DNA from: Phoronis australis
Taxonomy: Eukaryota; Animalia; Phoronida
Assembly (NCBI GenBank): GCA_002633005.1
Contig: NMRA01000001.1
Location: 2,401,695-2,465,694 of the forward strand
Direction of reading: 5' to 3'
Length of the DNA stretch: 64,000 bases
Part shown: in pieces, positions 1 to 13,371 of the stretch
Position numbering within the stretch: the stretch's first letter is position 1
Layout: every line of letters starts with the position of its first letter
Position numbers and translations under genes: made by a program
Notes under the pieces: model-generated
Databases searched by the model: none
Told to the model about the DNA's origin: nothing
What the model saw: the letters and a program-made list of their open reading frames with translations, nothing else

Positions 1-3000
1 ATTCTAAGGGGGTCTGCTAGGTGCACCCCCCGGCCAAGATCGTTGCGCACGTTGATACAATAGGCTACTGGGCAGATCACGACAGCCAGAAGAATCGACT
101 AGTGACGACCTGAAAAGAAAAATGAAAACATTCAATTTGGGACAGCTTGAACTCATGAAGGATGTAAACCAGGCAACTCAAGAACCGGTCTACTACTTAT
201 ATACTTAATTTTCTTTCTTTATATGTACTTAACCAATTACAATCCATCTATGTCGACCGTTTTCATTTCATTGCGTCATATATTTGCTACAGTTACGGAA
301 GATAGTTCTTTCCACAGGTCTCTGCTGATGGACACTACACACTTCTGCTAACATTTAAAGTATGAACAGTCGCGAGTTTACTGAAGTCTCATTATAAGTA
401 CAGAAATGTTGTTGAAGAATATCAGTGACTATCTGAAGAGGGGAATACATAACAAAATAAAATATGGAAACACCAAACAAAAATCAAAACAACACTTACC
501 TGTTGCAATAACGCCTTAAACGCGAACGTACTGACAGACTTGCATTAAACGGAATGTTAGTTGAACATGTTAGTAGAACAAAACTGTCCCAATGAAATTT
601 TCATGGTTAACAGGTTTAAGAAGATCCACCGTAGATTTCCGTATACAAGTCCAGCAGAATATATGCCCAATTTCAGTACCTTAAATTTTTTCCCTAAAAT
701 ATATCTGGGATGCATATCTGAGAATAAAAATGCGTGCTTGAAATCTAAAAATAATGGTAGGATATACTTAGGGTGAGCTACAGTATTTATACTGTGTTCG
801 TGTATTCGGCATTGCCGAGTATAGGCCCTGGTGTATTTTTACGTAAGACGTTTGGTTTCCCGAACTTATATACGGAAATCACCGGTAATACTTCCCAAAA
901 TTATTTACCCTTGCTGCAAGTAAGGCATCACCTCGGGTAAAAATAGAACAATAATTATTAGCAATGTAACAGTCATCTCTTTCGAATCAAACACAATTAA
1001 ATACACTTACAGCTGAATGCATCTAAAACTATCTTAAGTAATACAAAAAGCATGGTATGTAGTTTAAGATCACGTTTCTTTTTTGTCTCAAAACTATCAA
1101 CTGAAGGCGGTGACATGAACAAGAAGACAAGGACCTGTGGAAAGTAAATATGGAACTCCGGGTCGGAAACACTTATCAGGTTCCAGGCCCGTTGCATCGG
1201 ACTCCAGGTCCTGTATTCTTGTTAGCCTACCCCTACGGCCACAAGAAGCAACGACTACCAAATCTGATTCGACTTGTCATTTTTCGAAATGATTGGTGGA
1301 TGATTTTCTTAGTCGCCGCAAACAGGGTCCCGGTGTCCTTGTCGGGATTCATCTTAATCTTGGGATACCATGGAGTCCAGCTTGTTGTACCTCAGACGGC
1401 ACAAGGCGCGAATTAACACGACCACAAGTACACAGACCAGTGGATGAGCAAGCAAAATTGGATCGCCGCAATCTTTTTTAGGTTTACATAGGGGTAAAGC
1501 TCGTAACGCTAGGACTTCCCTAAAAAGCAAGAATTCATGAAATTACGTGATATATTGTGTATTTTATTTGAATGCGTGATTTTGACTAGATTTTTCTATT
1601 CCCAAGCCAGCTACTGAACTCTACCCTAGTCTGCGTCCAGGGGCGCAAGGGTGAGAATTTCACGAGCACGCTAAACTGAGGACCTCGAGACCTATGGTCA
1701 GATATTGCAAGCGAAGCACAGGATCACACTAGCTTCTTTAGCGAGATTCTTGCATCTGAAATGCTTATCAGAGAGCTACAGAGAATTTGTAAGGGTAGTG
1801 AAACGTGGTTACGTGGATGTACATTAGTTTTTGATATGTGTTATAGCACACCGGCACTTACACAACATAGGACAGGGATGCAATGTCTCTGTAACAATTG
1901 CGTGTGCGCCGCGCGCCGTTCTGAGTGCTGGGCCTTGCACTGCTAAACACATTACACGAATGAACATTACCAAGAAGACACAGAAAAACGAAAGACGTTT
2001 GAACTGCACTACAGATTTTTAATGATTTTTTTTTCGTTTCAACCCAAAAATTGCGTTGTCAGAAGCACTGAATGTTGTATGAAGTCAGTGGTGACTCATT
2101 CCTTGCTAACTGTCCCATTCAAAATTATTAAAAGCCCAGAACGGCTGCGCGAAATTTCAATCATTCGTCGGGATACAGGTAAGTGTCAGCATAACTTATT
2201 GTCCGACGATATTTAATCGACTGAAGATCGAGGAACGGAAGCATGAAAACCTTCCGTGCACGACGCAGCCTCCGTCGTTTGGGCTCACGCGGTGTGCGAC
2301 TTAATTGTGTTTGCTTTGTAACCAGCTTTATTTTGGCTCTGTTCACTATCTACTCTACTTTGAACGCTCGATATCCCAAGGACAGACTTGCCTGTAGCTT
2401 ATTCTCATCGCGTCAAGAATAAAATCCGGACACGTCGTCGGGAGATTTTAGCCACTGACAAGGGCATTTGCAAATTGCAGGACGTTTTAAAAATAAAAAC
2501 TTTCGTAAAAACGCAAGTTGATGTCAGGCGTGGAAGTTCAATGTCACAGTCGGAGGCCGAGCAGCACGGTCTAATTAAACCAGAGCACATGTTACGCTAC
2601 AACGAAAAGTTGCAGCCTTCGGTGTATTTCCTATTTGTATTTTCATCAGAAATTTTCGTCATACGGGACTCGGTGATTCTTTTCATAGCTAAAGCGCCAA
2701 ACACAAGCTAAACGCAAAACAATCGAGTAACGGTCGTGACATCGTCAAGACAAGGTAAAAATTACCGTCAAAGCCCGTTACACCGATTCTCGGATTCAAG
2801 CCTTATAGAGATCCGTTGAACGCTTTAGTGACACGGGAGTTGCGTCGATCCCAAATCAGCGTTTCTAAAATTTTCCATGTCCGAAAGTCGCGGACAAAAT
2901 TCGGCGTTTATGACAATGTCCGAAATTCGAGAATCTTTGAAAAACAGTTTTTGGACCTTGTACGAATTTCGTGGACTATGAAAAACTCATTTCGGAAATA

Positions 3001-3379
3001 TATTTATTCTTGGTCGAAAATGGCGGGCCGTTCGAAAATGGCGGGCCCTCCGAAAATCACGCGACTCTACCGTAAGTCTTTTGAATGGACTTGGCAACCT
3101 CAAGGGTCTTAGTGCCAACTGAGCTGCGAAACGAGATGCTGACATTGTAGAGGCTTACAAGCTCATTGACACAGCAGTTGACGAAGTGCAAGCGTTGGGA
3201 AAAAACATCGAAGATATCTGGGTAGAATGGTTCCAAGACGAGCAAACCTTTGGATCCGATATACAAATTCCTCATCAGTCTAGACAACAGAAGGATAGGA
3301 CTAACGTATGAGTAACCACTGTAGATTAAAATTTTAGAGAGAAGTTTTCAATTCAAAATTTTTTGCATAGTACACTTTA

Positions 3380-3650
3380 GGTCTCGCGACGGACCAGGTC
3401 AGCTTGATTTGTGTAGATGTTGAGTTTCGGTGTACTTCTGGTCCCTCGGCGAACTAGTCTTGTGATTTTTTTTTACCAAAGCGTACTTTGTAAAACTATT
3501 TATCTCAGCCAGTACTGTTTGGTCCCGCGACAGATCGACTATTTTTATAGGGATAATAAGCACAGGTGTAATCTTGGTCTCGTGACGGACCAGGTCAGCT
3601 TTTTGTGTACTTTCAGTGTACATCTGGTCCCTCTGCAAACTAGTTCAGTG
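3380..3650. repeat. Degenerate direct repeat, period ~197 bp
   Basis: ggtctcgYgacggaccaggtcagct and gtgtacWtctggtccctc..aactagt both occur at ~3380-3460 and again at ~3577-3645. Confidence 0.6.
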
Positions 3651-4389
3651 TATCTTTTCACCACTGTGCACAGGATGTTTTGGTTTCGTGAAACTGTTTT
3701 CAGATGATTTGTTTCCTGATACATTTGACGTTTTTCAATTGTTGTCAACGTGATTCAGCTTAATAAAATGATACCTAATTATTTATTGTCGCTTTTAATA
3801 ATAGACTATGAGTTGAGAGCACCATCGTTCGCCAGTTTTTTTCGTAACGAGACAGAACACGTGTTTATTTCCGGACTAACAGTACAGGTCTTCGTTCTTA
3901 AACAACTTGAGGCTGCTGTTACGCGATCATCTGATATTCAAGTTTATACGCCCCGTCGGTGCTCCTTATGCTCTTGAATATTTAAAAGTTGTCTAAACTC
4001 CTGTATAGACACCACACTTTTTCGTATACGACTTTTCGTATGCTAAAAAAGGTGTGTGTAAGCAGATGTTCCAACAAAAATTTTTGCTGGTGGCGTGACT
4101 CATACTCAGATGTGCACAATATGGTTTCACGAAACTTATGAGCTAAGCTCATGTGACGAAATCGAGAAGGGGTTTTAATTATCTTAAGAAAAACTCCAGA
4201 GACATGTTAAGTGCCAGAAACTTACCAGGATGCATTGGGAATTTCACTATTTGGCTACAAAAACAAAAAAATATTTTACACGGGAGGGGGGTTTCGCTCG
4301 GTGCCACGCGTCTAAGATTCGACCTTGGCGGGAATCCTAACCCCCCTTGCTGAAAACGTACATGTAGATCCGCCACTGTCATTAATCAT

Positions 4390-4710
4390 TAAATCAATCC
4401 AAAAATATCGAATACTGGAACAATTTTGTTGAAACAAAAACCACACACATTTTGTTTTTGTATGTGACTTCCTGAATCGATAGTGACCAATATTAGACCG
4501 CCGCAATTGGGAAATCCCATATTTATTATTCAAGTGGTAGCCGTTCACATGGAAGTTAACAGGAAAATTCTTGTATAATGCGCCGGGTTACCAACACTTC
4601 GGCTACCAAATCCTGTATGCAGTTATTACGACTTGGCTTCTACAGAGAGTTGTTTTATTTGTTTGTAATACATTCGAGGAATACTGGGCAAAATAATATA
4701 TGCCTCTTAG
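4390..4710. repeat. Dispersed repeat; inverted copy at ~12790-13200
   Basis: gggaaatcccatatttattattcaagtg and gggttaccaacacttcggctaccaaatc match the reverse complement of 12905-13075. Confidence 0.6.
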
Positions 4711-7700
4711 AAGGGTATCTGCCATTTGACAATTTTCAAACCATCCTTTTTCTTTGAAAATCGTTACTAAATGCGTTTTGTCACCAGTCCATCGGTCATT
4801 TTGATCCATACTTGCCGTTTGCGATGTAGCTCCAAAAGCAATCCTTGGGATCGATATCCGAACCTCAGAGCTAACAAAATTCAAGATAATCGTTCTAGAG
4901 GAGACTTTTCTTTAATAGCAAACGGTACCTGTGTCGACTTCGCTGCGAAATGTGTTGAGTACTAATCGCATATATTAATTGCCTTTCTTTTCCCGCATAC
5001 GAACTCGGACAAGTAGATTTGCGTGTTGTAGGCCTATGTATTTACGTGCAGGTGCATAAGTGCTGCATTGGAGTCATTTTGTGAACGACGCCATTTACCG
5101 TCAAGCCGGGTGGAAGTGACACGGCTGTCGCACGCCAGCTCACTTACTAACGCGGCGCATGAGGCTCCATTTAGTTCACCGACTAGTCACAAACACCGAC
5201 CTCCACCTAACATGGAACCGAGTATCACCAGCAAAACCCTCCGGTGTCAGGGCTCTCCTACCACCACTCATTTCCGGTTCGCGGCGCTGCCCGCTTTTCG
5301 AAGTCTAGCCGATCAGCGAGCCATGTTTATAAGTAGTACCAGGAAGAGATAACCAGGAAGGGACTACTGTTTTACCTTAAATTACGTACAGGCAACCTTG
5401 CCTTTTTGAATTCCAGGTGACAGCTGCAATTACTGCAACATATGTAAAGCATCGGGAAGTTATGCAGACTTCAGCCTGTGTTAAGTCCAATTTGAGGACG
5501 CTGCTGGTAGTTGCATAATGCAACAACAAATATAAGAGTGTTTTCATTGCTTCCTAGTTTCAGACCTACTTGTGTATTCTCGTTCAAAGCCTTGTGCCAG
5601 GATTACCGGTCACCAGACATCCAGGCTACATTTCTCTACTGCAGTTGAAGGACAGTGCTGATGAAACTCTTTTTAGCCAGTACAAGTACATAACAAGTAG
5701 AAAGCTGACATCGGTAAATTTTCCACATGCCGTGCGGACAAAGAAACTGAAGAGAAAGGTCAGGGGTACTGTTGCAACCCATGAGATTCCAATCAGGAGA
5801 AAACAAAAAAGGACTGAGGGACACAACAATGTACTGTTTCATATGACATAGTCACAGCAGTAACATGCCTACCAGTGCTCTGAATATGATAAGACTGTTA
5901 CAAGTATTTTACTAGTGCATTATTTGGTTCGAATTGCACCTCTCTATGTGCAAATATTATTGGTGTACTGTGTATTATGTTGACTGATTTTGTTGTTTAA
6001 CATTAGCTAATAAAGTTAATGTGATATCATCATGGTTGTGATGTTCATGGATCTGGAAAATGCAACAACGATAACTCTNNNNNNNNNNNNNNNNNNNNNN
6101 NNNNNNNNNNNNNNNNNNNNNNNNNNNNNNNNNNNNNNNNNNNNNNNNNNNNNNNNNNNNNNNNNNNNNNNNNNNNNNNNNNNNNNNNNNNNNNNNNNNN
6201 NNNNNNNNNNNNNNNNNNNNNNNNNNNNNNNNNNNNNNNNNNNNNNNNNNNNNNNNNNNNNNNNNNNNNNNNNNNNNNNNNNNNNNNNNNNNNNNNNNNN
6301 NNNNNNNNNNNNNNNNNNNNNNNNNNNNNNNNNNNNNNNNNNNNNNNNNNNNNNNNNNNNNNNNNNNNNNNNNNNNNNNNNNNNNNNNNNNNNNNNNNNN
6401 NNNNNNNNNNNNNNNNNNNNNNNNNNNNNNNNNNNNNNNNNNNNNNNNNNNNNNNNNNNNNNNNNNNNNNNNNNNNNNNNNNNNNNNNNNNNNNNNNNNN
6501 NNNNNNNNNNNNNNNNNNNNNNNNNNNNNNNNNNNNNNNNNNNNTAGAAGGGTATCTGCCATTTGACAATTTTCAAACCATCCTTTTTCTTTGAAAATCG
6601 TTACTAAATGCGTTTTGTCACCAGTCCATCGGTCATTTTTATCCATACTTGCCGTTTGCGATGTAGCTCCAAAAGCAATCCTTGGGATCGATATCCGAAC
6701 CTCAGAGCAACCAAAATTCAAGATAATCGTTCTTTAATAGCAAACGACGGTACCTGTGTCGACTACGCAGCGAAATATGTTGAGTACTGATCGCATATAT
6801 TAATTGCCTTTCTTTTCCAGCATACGAACTCGATGTAAATTTATATTTACACCCGGACAAGTAGATTTGCGTGTTGTAGGCTTATGTATTTACGTGCGGG
6901 TGCATAAGTGCTGCATTGGAGTCATTTTGTGAACGACGCCATTTACCGTCAAGCCGGGTGGAAGTGACACGGCTGTCGCACGCCAGCTCACTTACTAACG
7001 CGGCGCATGAGGCTCCATTTAGTTCACCGACTCGTCACAAACACCGACCTCCACCTAACATGGAACCGGCAAAACCCTCCGGTGTCAGGGCTCTCCTACC
7101 ACCACTCATGTCCGGTTCGCGGCGCTGCCCGCTTTTCGAAGTCTGGCCGATCAGCGAGCCATGTTTATCAGTAATACCAGGGAGAGATAACCAGAAAGGG
7201 ACTACTGTTTTACCTTAAATTACGTACAGGCAACCTTGCCTTTTTTGAATTCCAGGTGACAGCTGCAATTACTGCAACATATGTAAAGCATCGGGAAGTT
7301 ATGCAGACTTCAGCCTGTGTTAAGTCCAATTTGAGGACGCTGCTGGGAGTTGCATAATGCAACAACAAAAAAGAGTGTTTTCATTGCTTCCTTTCAGACC
7401 TACAATCTTCTACAAATTTGTGTATTCTCGTTCAAAGCCATGTGCCAGGATTACCGGTCACCAGACATCCAGGCTACATTTCTCTACTGCAGTTGAAGGG
7501 TAGTGCTGTTGCTTTTTAGCCAGTACAAGTACATAACAAGTAGAAAGCTGACATCAGTAAATTTTCCACATGCCGTACGGACAAAGGAACTGCAGAGAAA
7601 GGTCAGGGGTACTGTTGCAACCCATGAGATTCCAATCAGGAGAAAGCAAAAAAGGACTGAGGGACACAACAATGTACTGATTCACATCACAGCAGTAACA

Positions 7701-7913
7701 TGCCTACCAGTGCTCTGAATATGATAAGACTGTTACAAGTATTTTACTAGTGCATTATTTGGTTCGAATAGCACCTCTCTATGTGCAAATATTATTGGTG
7801 TACTGTGTATTGTGTTGACTGATTTTGTTGTTTAACATTAGCTAATAAAGTTAATGTGATATCATCATGGTTGTGATGTTCATGGATCTGGAAAATGCAA
7901 CAACGATAACTCT
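4708..7913. repeat. ~1.37 kb near-identical direct duplication (4708-6078 vs 6544-7913) flanking the gap; probable unmerged haplotypes
   Basis: Copy 1 ends exactly at the gap start and copy 2 begins exactly at the gap end; they differ by scattered SNPs and indels. Confidence 0.9.
6079..6543. other. Assembly gap (N run)
   Basis: 465 consecutive N. Confidence 0.99.
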
Positions 7914-9549
7914 TAAAGTACATGTGTATTCTATTGTGCTGTACAACACTACAAGGACAATTGCTACACAAATTTAGAAACAGATCACAGAAAATTGTTT
8001 GGACAATTTGAACAAATGATATGATATACATCAATTTAATTCACATTTTATTAACTGCTACCTGATGATAAAGTTTAACACACAAACCACGGCGCCTTTT
8101 GTTCGCATACCTCTGCCTTCAAAGCTTCTGCCTGCCTCTCCTCTGAGGAAACCACCAATATGTGCATTGGTATATTTACGACAAGAATTGTTGTTACAGC
8201 CGCTAATCACATCTACATCAAAAATGTAGGATGACTTTGTCAGTCTTGACTTTGTAATTGTCACATCCATTGTCTCCAACTCTATATCATCTTTTACCTA
8301 GGATTGCTTACTTCTTTTTGTCATCTGCAGAAATGCAGCAGCAAGAATTTTTCTTTTCTGGAGTGATGCATCGCCCCTGTTTTTCTTGTATGTACGGAAC
8401 ATCTTTCCAATACAACCACCTTCCAGTACATGGAAACACCAATCAGGCTGGGGTGGGAGTCCAGAGGTACGATTCGGTCTACTTGCGACACTGTCACTGG
8501 TGCTTTCAGTGCTGGTAGTGGCTGCACTGGTACTAGCAGTAGCACTACTAGCACTAGCAGCTGAGGACACGGTGACGAAGCCTTAGGACTAGCGGTGCTT
8601 ATACAAAAAAGCAGAATTGCACACTGCACTGCTTTGCAAGTCAGGTCCAATTGTGGTAGCACCATATGGCCGAATACATTTTCTGTGAACTTTCTCTCAT
8701 GCTGAGCATGACCTCACTCAGTGCGCGAAACACTACGTCGGCCTCGCTCTTCGTCACCCGTTTCCTGGCGATTCGATCCGAATTATTCCGCTTTAGGTCA
8801 TGAAAGAGGCTGGACAACTCCCCAAATATTACTTCACTGAAACGAAGCCGAGACAAACGTGTCTCACAGAAGTTTCCTTGCTAGACAAAATCCGTTAATG
8901 AGATCCTTTTGTCACAAACTCACGTAAGGACGCCATTTCTAGGTAACAACTGAAGAGAATCTCGAAAACTCCCATTTACAGTATGCAAATTTGATATGCT
9001 AATGAGGGAGTACTTGACTACTGCGCCATCTATACATCGACGGAAAAGCTTAAATACCCGTGACTGCGTGTAGGAAATTGCGATTGCGTGCGCTGAAGTC
9101 GATATTTTACAAGTACAATTACACCACTGTTTAAGGTTGCAAAGTGAGTTTTTTGATATACTTCTCTAGAAAAAGCGTTTCTCTTTCTGATGAAATCATC
9201 TGTTTTCTTTTAAATGAAACTTAACTCCTGAAATTAGTCCCGGGAAGATCCAAAAACGGCGGTTTATCTAGTTGTCCCTTCCTGGTTATCTCTTCCTCAG
9301 AGGCGGATCTACAGGGGGGGTTCAGGGGGTTTAAACCCCCCCCCTCGGGACAGGATCAAAAATAAAAACTGGAAAAAAAATCGCCAGAAAAACGAATTTA
9401 GCTACTAAAAATCCCAAAAAATCTTACACGGGAGGAGGGAAACCCTCTCGCGACCTTCCTTCTACTCTGCGCTTCGCGCCTCGGATTGTTTCGAATCCTA
9501 AACCCCCCCTTACTGAAATCGTAGATCTGCCACTGTTCCTGGTAGTACT
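7170..9549. mobile_element. Degenerate TIR DNA element (~37-bp TIRs) carrying a decayed minus-strand Cys-rich ORF
   Basis: Left end AGTA(G/A)TACCAGG(A/G)AGAGATAACCAG(G/A)AAGGGACTACT (5332 and 7170 copies) is the reverse complement of 9270-9549 once the nested MITE is removed; flanks atgtttatc / atgttcatt look like an imperfect 9-bp TSD. Confidence 0.5.
9298..9535. mobile_element. MITE with CAG(A/T)GGCGGATCTA-type TIRs; partial copies end at 4378 and 11430
   Basis: CAGAGGCGGATCTAC...GTAGATCTGCCACTG; TTCCT duplicated on both sides. Confidence 0.8.
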
Positions 9550-9941
9550 ATGTTCATTAGTGCCGTATTGTTTCCATCCTGCGGCTTCAGTGAGCTAATT
9601 TGCATCCTATTGCTTATTGGGTCCTAGTCGGAAGCGTCACCACTTTCGATTCTCCGACAAAATGTAGTTAAGGGCCGTTTACCCTCTGACACAGCGCCAC
9701 CTATACTGCAAACTTTCGTTTAGCACTGTGATAGAGTGGAGTGTAAGGGCCGTTGATCACTGGATGTCACAGGTGATTTTTGTCGTAACGATACAATTGT
9801 TACCAAATTGTTTGGATATGCGATCTCATCAATTTTATAATGGTCACCTTGAGAAAAGTGTGACTGCATACAGAATTGGAATCGCATAAACTGCAACAGG
9901 TAGCACAGTTACACTCAATCGTACTTTGGTAAACGGGACGT

Positions 9942-10273
9942 GGTTTCACTTTCTCTATAATTTCGCCAATTGGCCATGCACGCGTTCAATGTACAGATTA
10001 CAACGCATATGGTACTCTGAATGGTACAAAAAGGCATCTTTTATCATAGTGAGCAGTGTAGTATAGTACAGTTACTTGATTTATCGAAAGAGAATTATAC
10101 AAAAGACTAGTCTAGAAGTCAGTACTACAGTTTACTGGGTCATGGGTTTTCCCCGAATTCATGTCACAAAGATTGGACAATATAGTTGTGTTGATCAAAC
10201 AGCGACTAGTATTCACAAGTTTTGCGCCTTCCATTGACGGTGGTTGATTTTCGGAACCGAGTTAGAGGTAAGT
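9942..10273 (+). promoter_or_regulatory. Putative promoter/first non-coding exon region of the ankyrin-protease gene, with ISRE-like and kB/Dorsal-like motifs
   Basis: GGTTTCACTTTCTC (9942-9955), GGGTTTTCCC (10144-10153), strong donor GAG|gtaagt at 10268. The link to the gene is inferred. Confidence 0.3.
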
Positions 10274-12789
10274 ATCCTCATCTTTTGTCACGGTTGTCAT
10301 ACTTCAGTGCTCAGTAGCCTTGGCTTTTTATACGACAACATGGGCTACATAGCAACAACTGAGTCCTAAATTTGAGGTCAACAGTGGCATAGTTATCAGC
10401 AATGGCCGACGCTCAGTTTTTCTGCCGTTGACTTCCCCGGAGGGAGCTGAAGCCGAGTTAAATTTTGACAAAGTGAGAACGCAACTTTTTTCGAAAGTTG
10501 GAAAGATAGTCAGCACGATTAAAAAATACTCATTTGCTAGGTGCTTATGTGAAAAAGTCACTCTTTCTTCTATGGCACAACCAGTTTGTAGGGTATGCGA
10601 CCTGGAGTTAGCCTACCGGCAATGGGATGAGGTCAAAAACCTTTCTGAAGAGTTCTATTGCGTAAAGGAACTGCTTTTGTTATTTCCCTAACTCATAATG
10701 GGAACCTTATGGTATGCAATCTTAGCTGGCCGTGAAGAAGTCGCCCATCTAAGCGCCTCTGTATCGATTGATCTACGACATTAGGCGACTGCGCAACTGA
10801 AAAGTTTCCGCCCGGGGAAAAACCAGTGAGTCGGCTAGTTTAACCAGCGCTTTGAGTCATGGCCAGAGTGACGGCATTATCATTAAACAAATAATTAATT
10901 AGGTTTTCCCTGGTCCGTAGTGACGTCAGATTGCAGTCAAGCATTTCTTGAAGCACAACTTCCGTCAACGAAAAAATGCATCACTGAGACCCAGGATCTA
11001 ATCTTTGTGCTCGTAATCGTACTTCAAATTATTTTTGACATTCTCGTTCTACTGTCTAATATAAGTTCAAGAGAAATTTCTTATTCTGTTGACGAGTACT
11101 GTGTGGCTTACGTGAGTGAATGACTATACAGTCTTAGTTTGCACTTGACCCTAACATTAAAGGTATGTATTTGTTAGTCTGAACTCGAAATTTCGGGTTG
11201 TAACTCGAAATCTCGAGATTTCACTTGATTTTTTAACTTCAATTTAAGGGGCATCAGCAAGTGCTGACTTGGACTAAAATTTCATCTGCTTGGGCCGTAA
11301 TGTACTCATGCATAGAGTAATACTGATGCTTAGTTACTTCTAGAGTTTCAAGAATTAGTAAAAAAGTAGAAATTGATTTCGCGCGCTGGGGCTCCTCCGG
11401 CACTGACGCTTCTCGCTAGATCCGCCACTGATAGACAGTGATCAATGCATTCTAGATTTTAAAGAATGGAAGTAAGCTCTCAGGAAACTCGAGAATCATT
11501 TATCAACAAAAAGATTTATTGGTCTATTTACATACAGCAGAAATACTGAGAATGTTCAAACGAAATTTTGTAAATAATTAGTGGTGTTAAGACGACCTAC
11601 GCCATTTCAAAGGAAAAGTTTGGCCGTCATGATTTGTCTGCGTCTCATATGCGACCTTTGGTTTCGAAACTATTGGAAATGCAAACTGACAGACTTCCAA
11701 AACAATGTTTTTTGACCTTATATGAAATTTAACTGCACGGTCAAAATAACTAATAATATCATTTCGGTCATACGTGATTGAACCAAGGAATTGATGATGA
11801 ACAATATTCTTGTCAGAATTCGACAAAGACTGAGATAAGTTGCCAGTAAAAGAGAAAACAAATAGGAGTGAAATTTACAGAGCAGATAACTCTGAATTGT
11901 CTTGCACAAAGTGTTCTTGTGGCGAGCTGACGGAACAGCAGGTAGTTTACACAGGGAACATAAAGTGTTCGACTCGCAAATTAGAAATTGGAAACTGCAC
12001 AAGAAATGGTATTACCGAAGTGACAGAATTTGCAACACTTGAAATACAGGTGGAATTGAGAAAGAAGTGCAATTCATGTTACCTGCAAATTTACGAGCCA
12101 TAAAACTCCCTACTTTTTTCACTCGTCGAAAACTATACCGTATAAATAGAATGGAAAGTCGTGCACTGTTTCAACTCACGGACACAAATTATCATTATAG
12201 CAACCAAATTCTGTCGCCCCTCTTAGTCCTTGTACATCCCCTCCGGAAAGAAAACCGGGATTCTAAACACATGTATGGCCAAATTCACTATTTTCAGCTC
12301 AAAACCACAGCTTCCCTGTAACGCCTAATCGACACAAGCCGACAACAGATTCTGAAATCAAATTCCCCTCAGGTTCTAAGGAGTGTCAGACAGTCACGAT
12401 TTTTGCAGTATTGAACTGTTTGAGAACTGTCTGAAATCGCACCAGATTCCTCAGACGGTACACAGCAACAGTCACATGATAGAAGAAGCTGCTGTTTGAA
12501 GGAAGGTGAATCTAAGGTCAAATATATAGACTTTGCTCAGTCAGAGCATGTTCACAAATACGTGCGAAACCAGATTCAATAAACCTACTCCCAAGTTAGC
12601 CGCCAAACGTTACAAATCCCTAAATCAAAGTTTTTGGGAGTGCAAATTGACTCGCTATTACACCCGAACGTAAATATACACCGTACGCAAATCTACACCC
12701 TTGTGTATGGGGGGAGAAAAGTATTATTGGCGCTTATCATTTTGCAGCAAATTCGACACAAGCAAAGTTTGTTGGTAAAGAGAACATTT

Positions 12790-13200
12790 CCTTGAATATG
12801 AGTAGCTCTGAGGTTCATTTTGCCAAGTATTCTTCGAACGTATTACTAATGAATATCGCAATCCACCTGTCAGGTTGTAGCCAAGTCCTAATGAATGCGC
12901 ACAAGATTTGGTAACCGCACTGTTGGTAACCTGGCGGAGTTACGAAAGTAAGAATTTGTTTTTTCTCATGGTATACGTGAAATTGACACAGACACAGCCG
13001 ATTAAGTGATAGGTTATGCTGAGCAAAATTTCCACAAGGCCATCACTTGAATGATAAATTTGGGAATTCCCAAAGTGCGTTGGTTTAATAGTGGTATTGA
13101 TGGAAGTTGCATGTCAGTGATCGTCTCCGAAATAATGCTCGCGGTTTTTGTTCCAAGAGCATCGGTTCCAGTATTCTACTATGTTTTGGTGTGTGATTAC
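12790..13200. repeat. Dispersed repeat, inverted relative to 4390-4710
   Basis: gatttggtaaccgcactgttggtaacc...cacttgaatgataaatttgggaattccc...gttccagtattc. Confidence 0.6.
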
Positions 13201-13287
13201 TGGTAATGATTACATCATTAGTCAGGATGTAAACACAATATGGCTTGGCCGGAAGTGAATTGTACCTCTTATATAGGGATGCCGGGT

Positions 13288-13300
13288 GCAGCAGCAACAG

Positions 13301-13371
<71 letters not shown>

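Noticed and set aside
1100-1490. GC-richer stretch with overlapping short ORFs
   Set aside because: No recognisable motifs or consistent exon structure on either strand.
5975-6721. Long ORFs containing X runs
   Set aside because: They read through the N gap.
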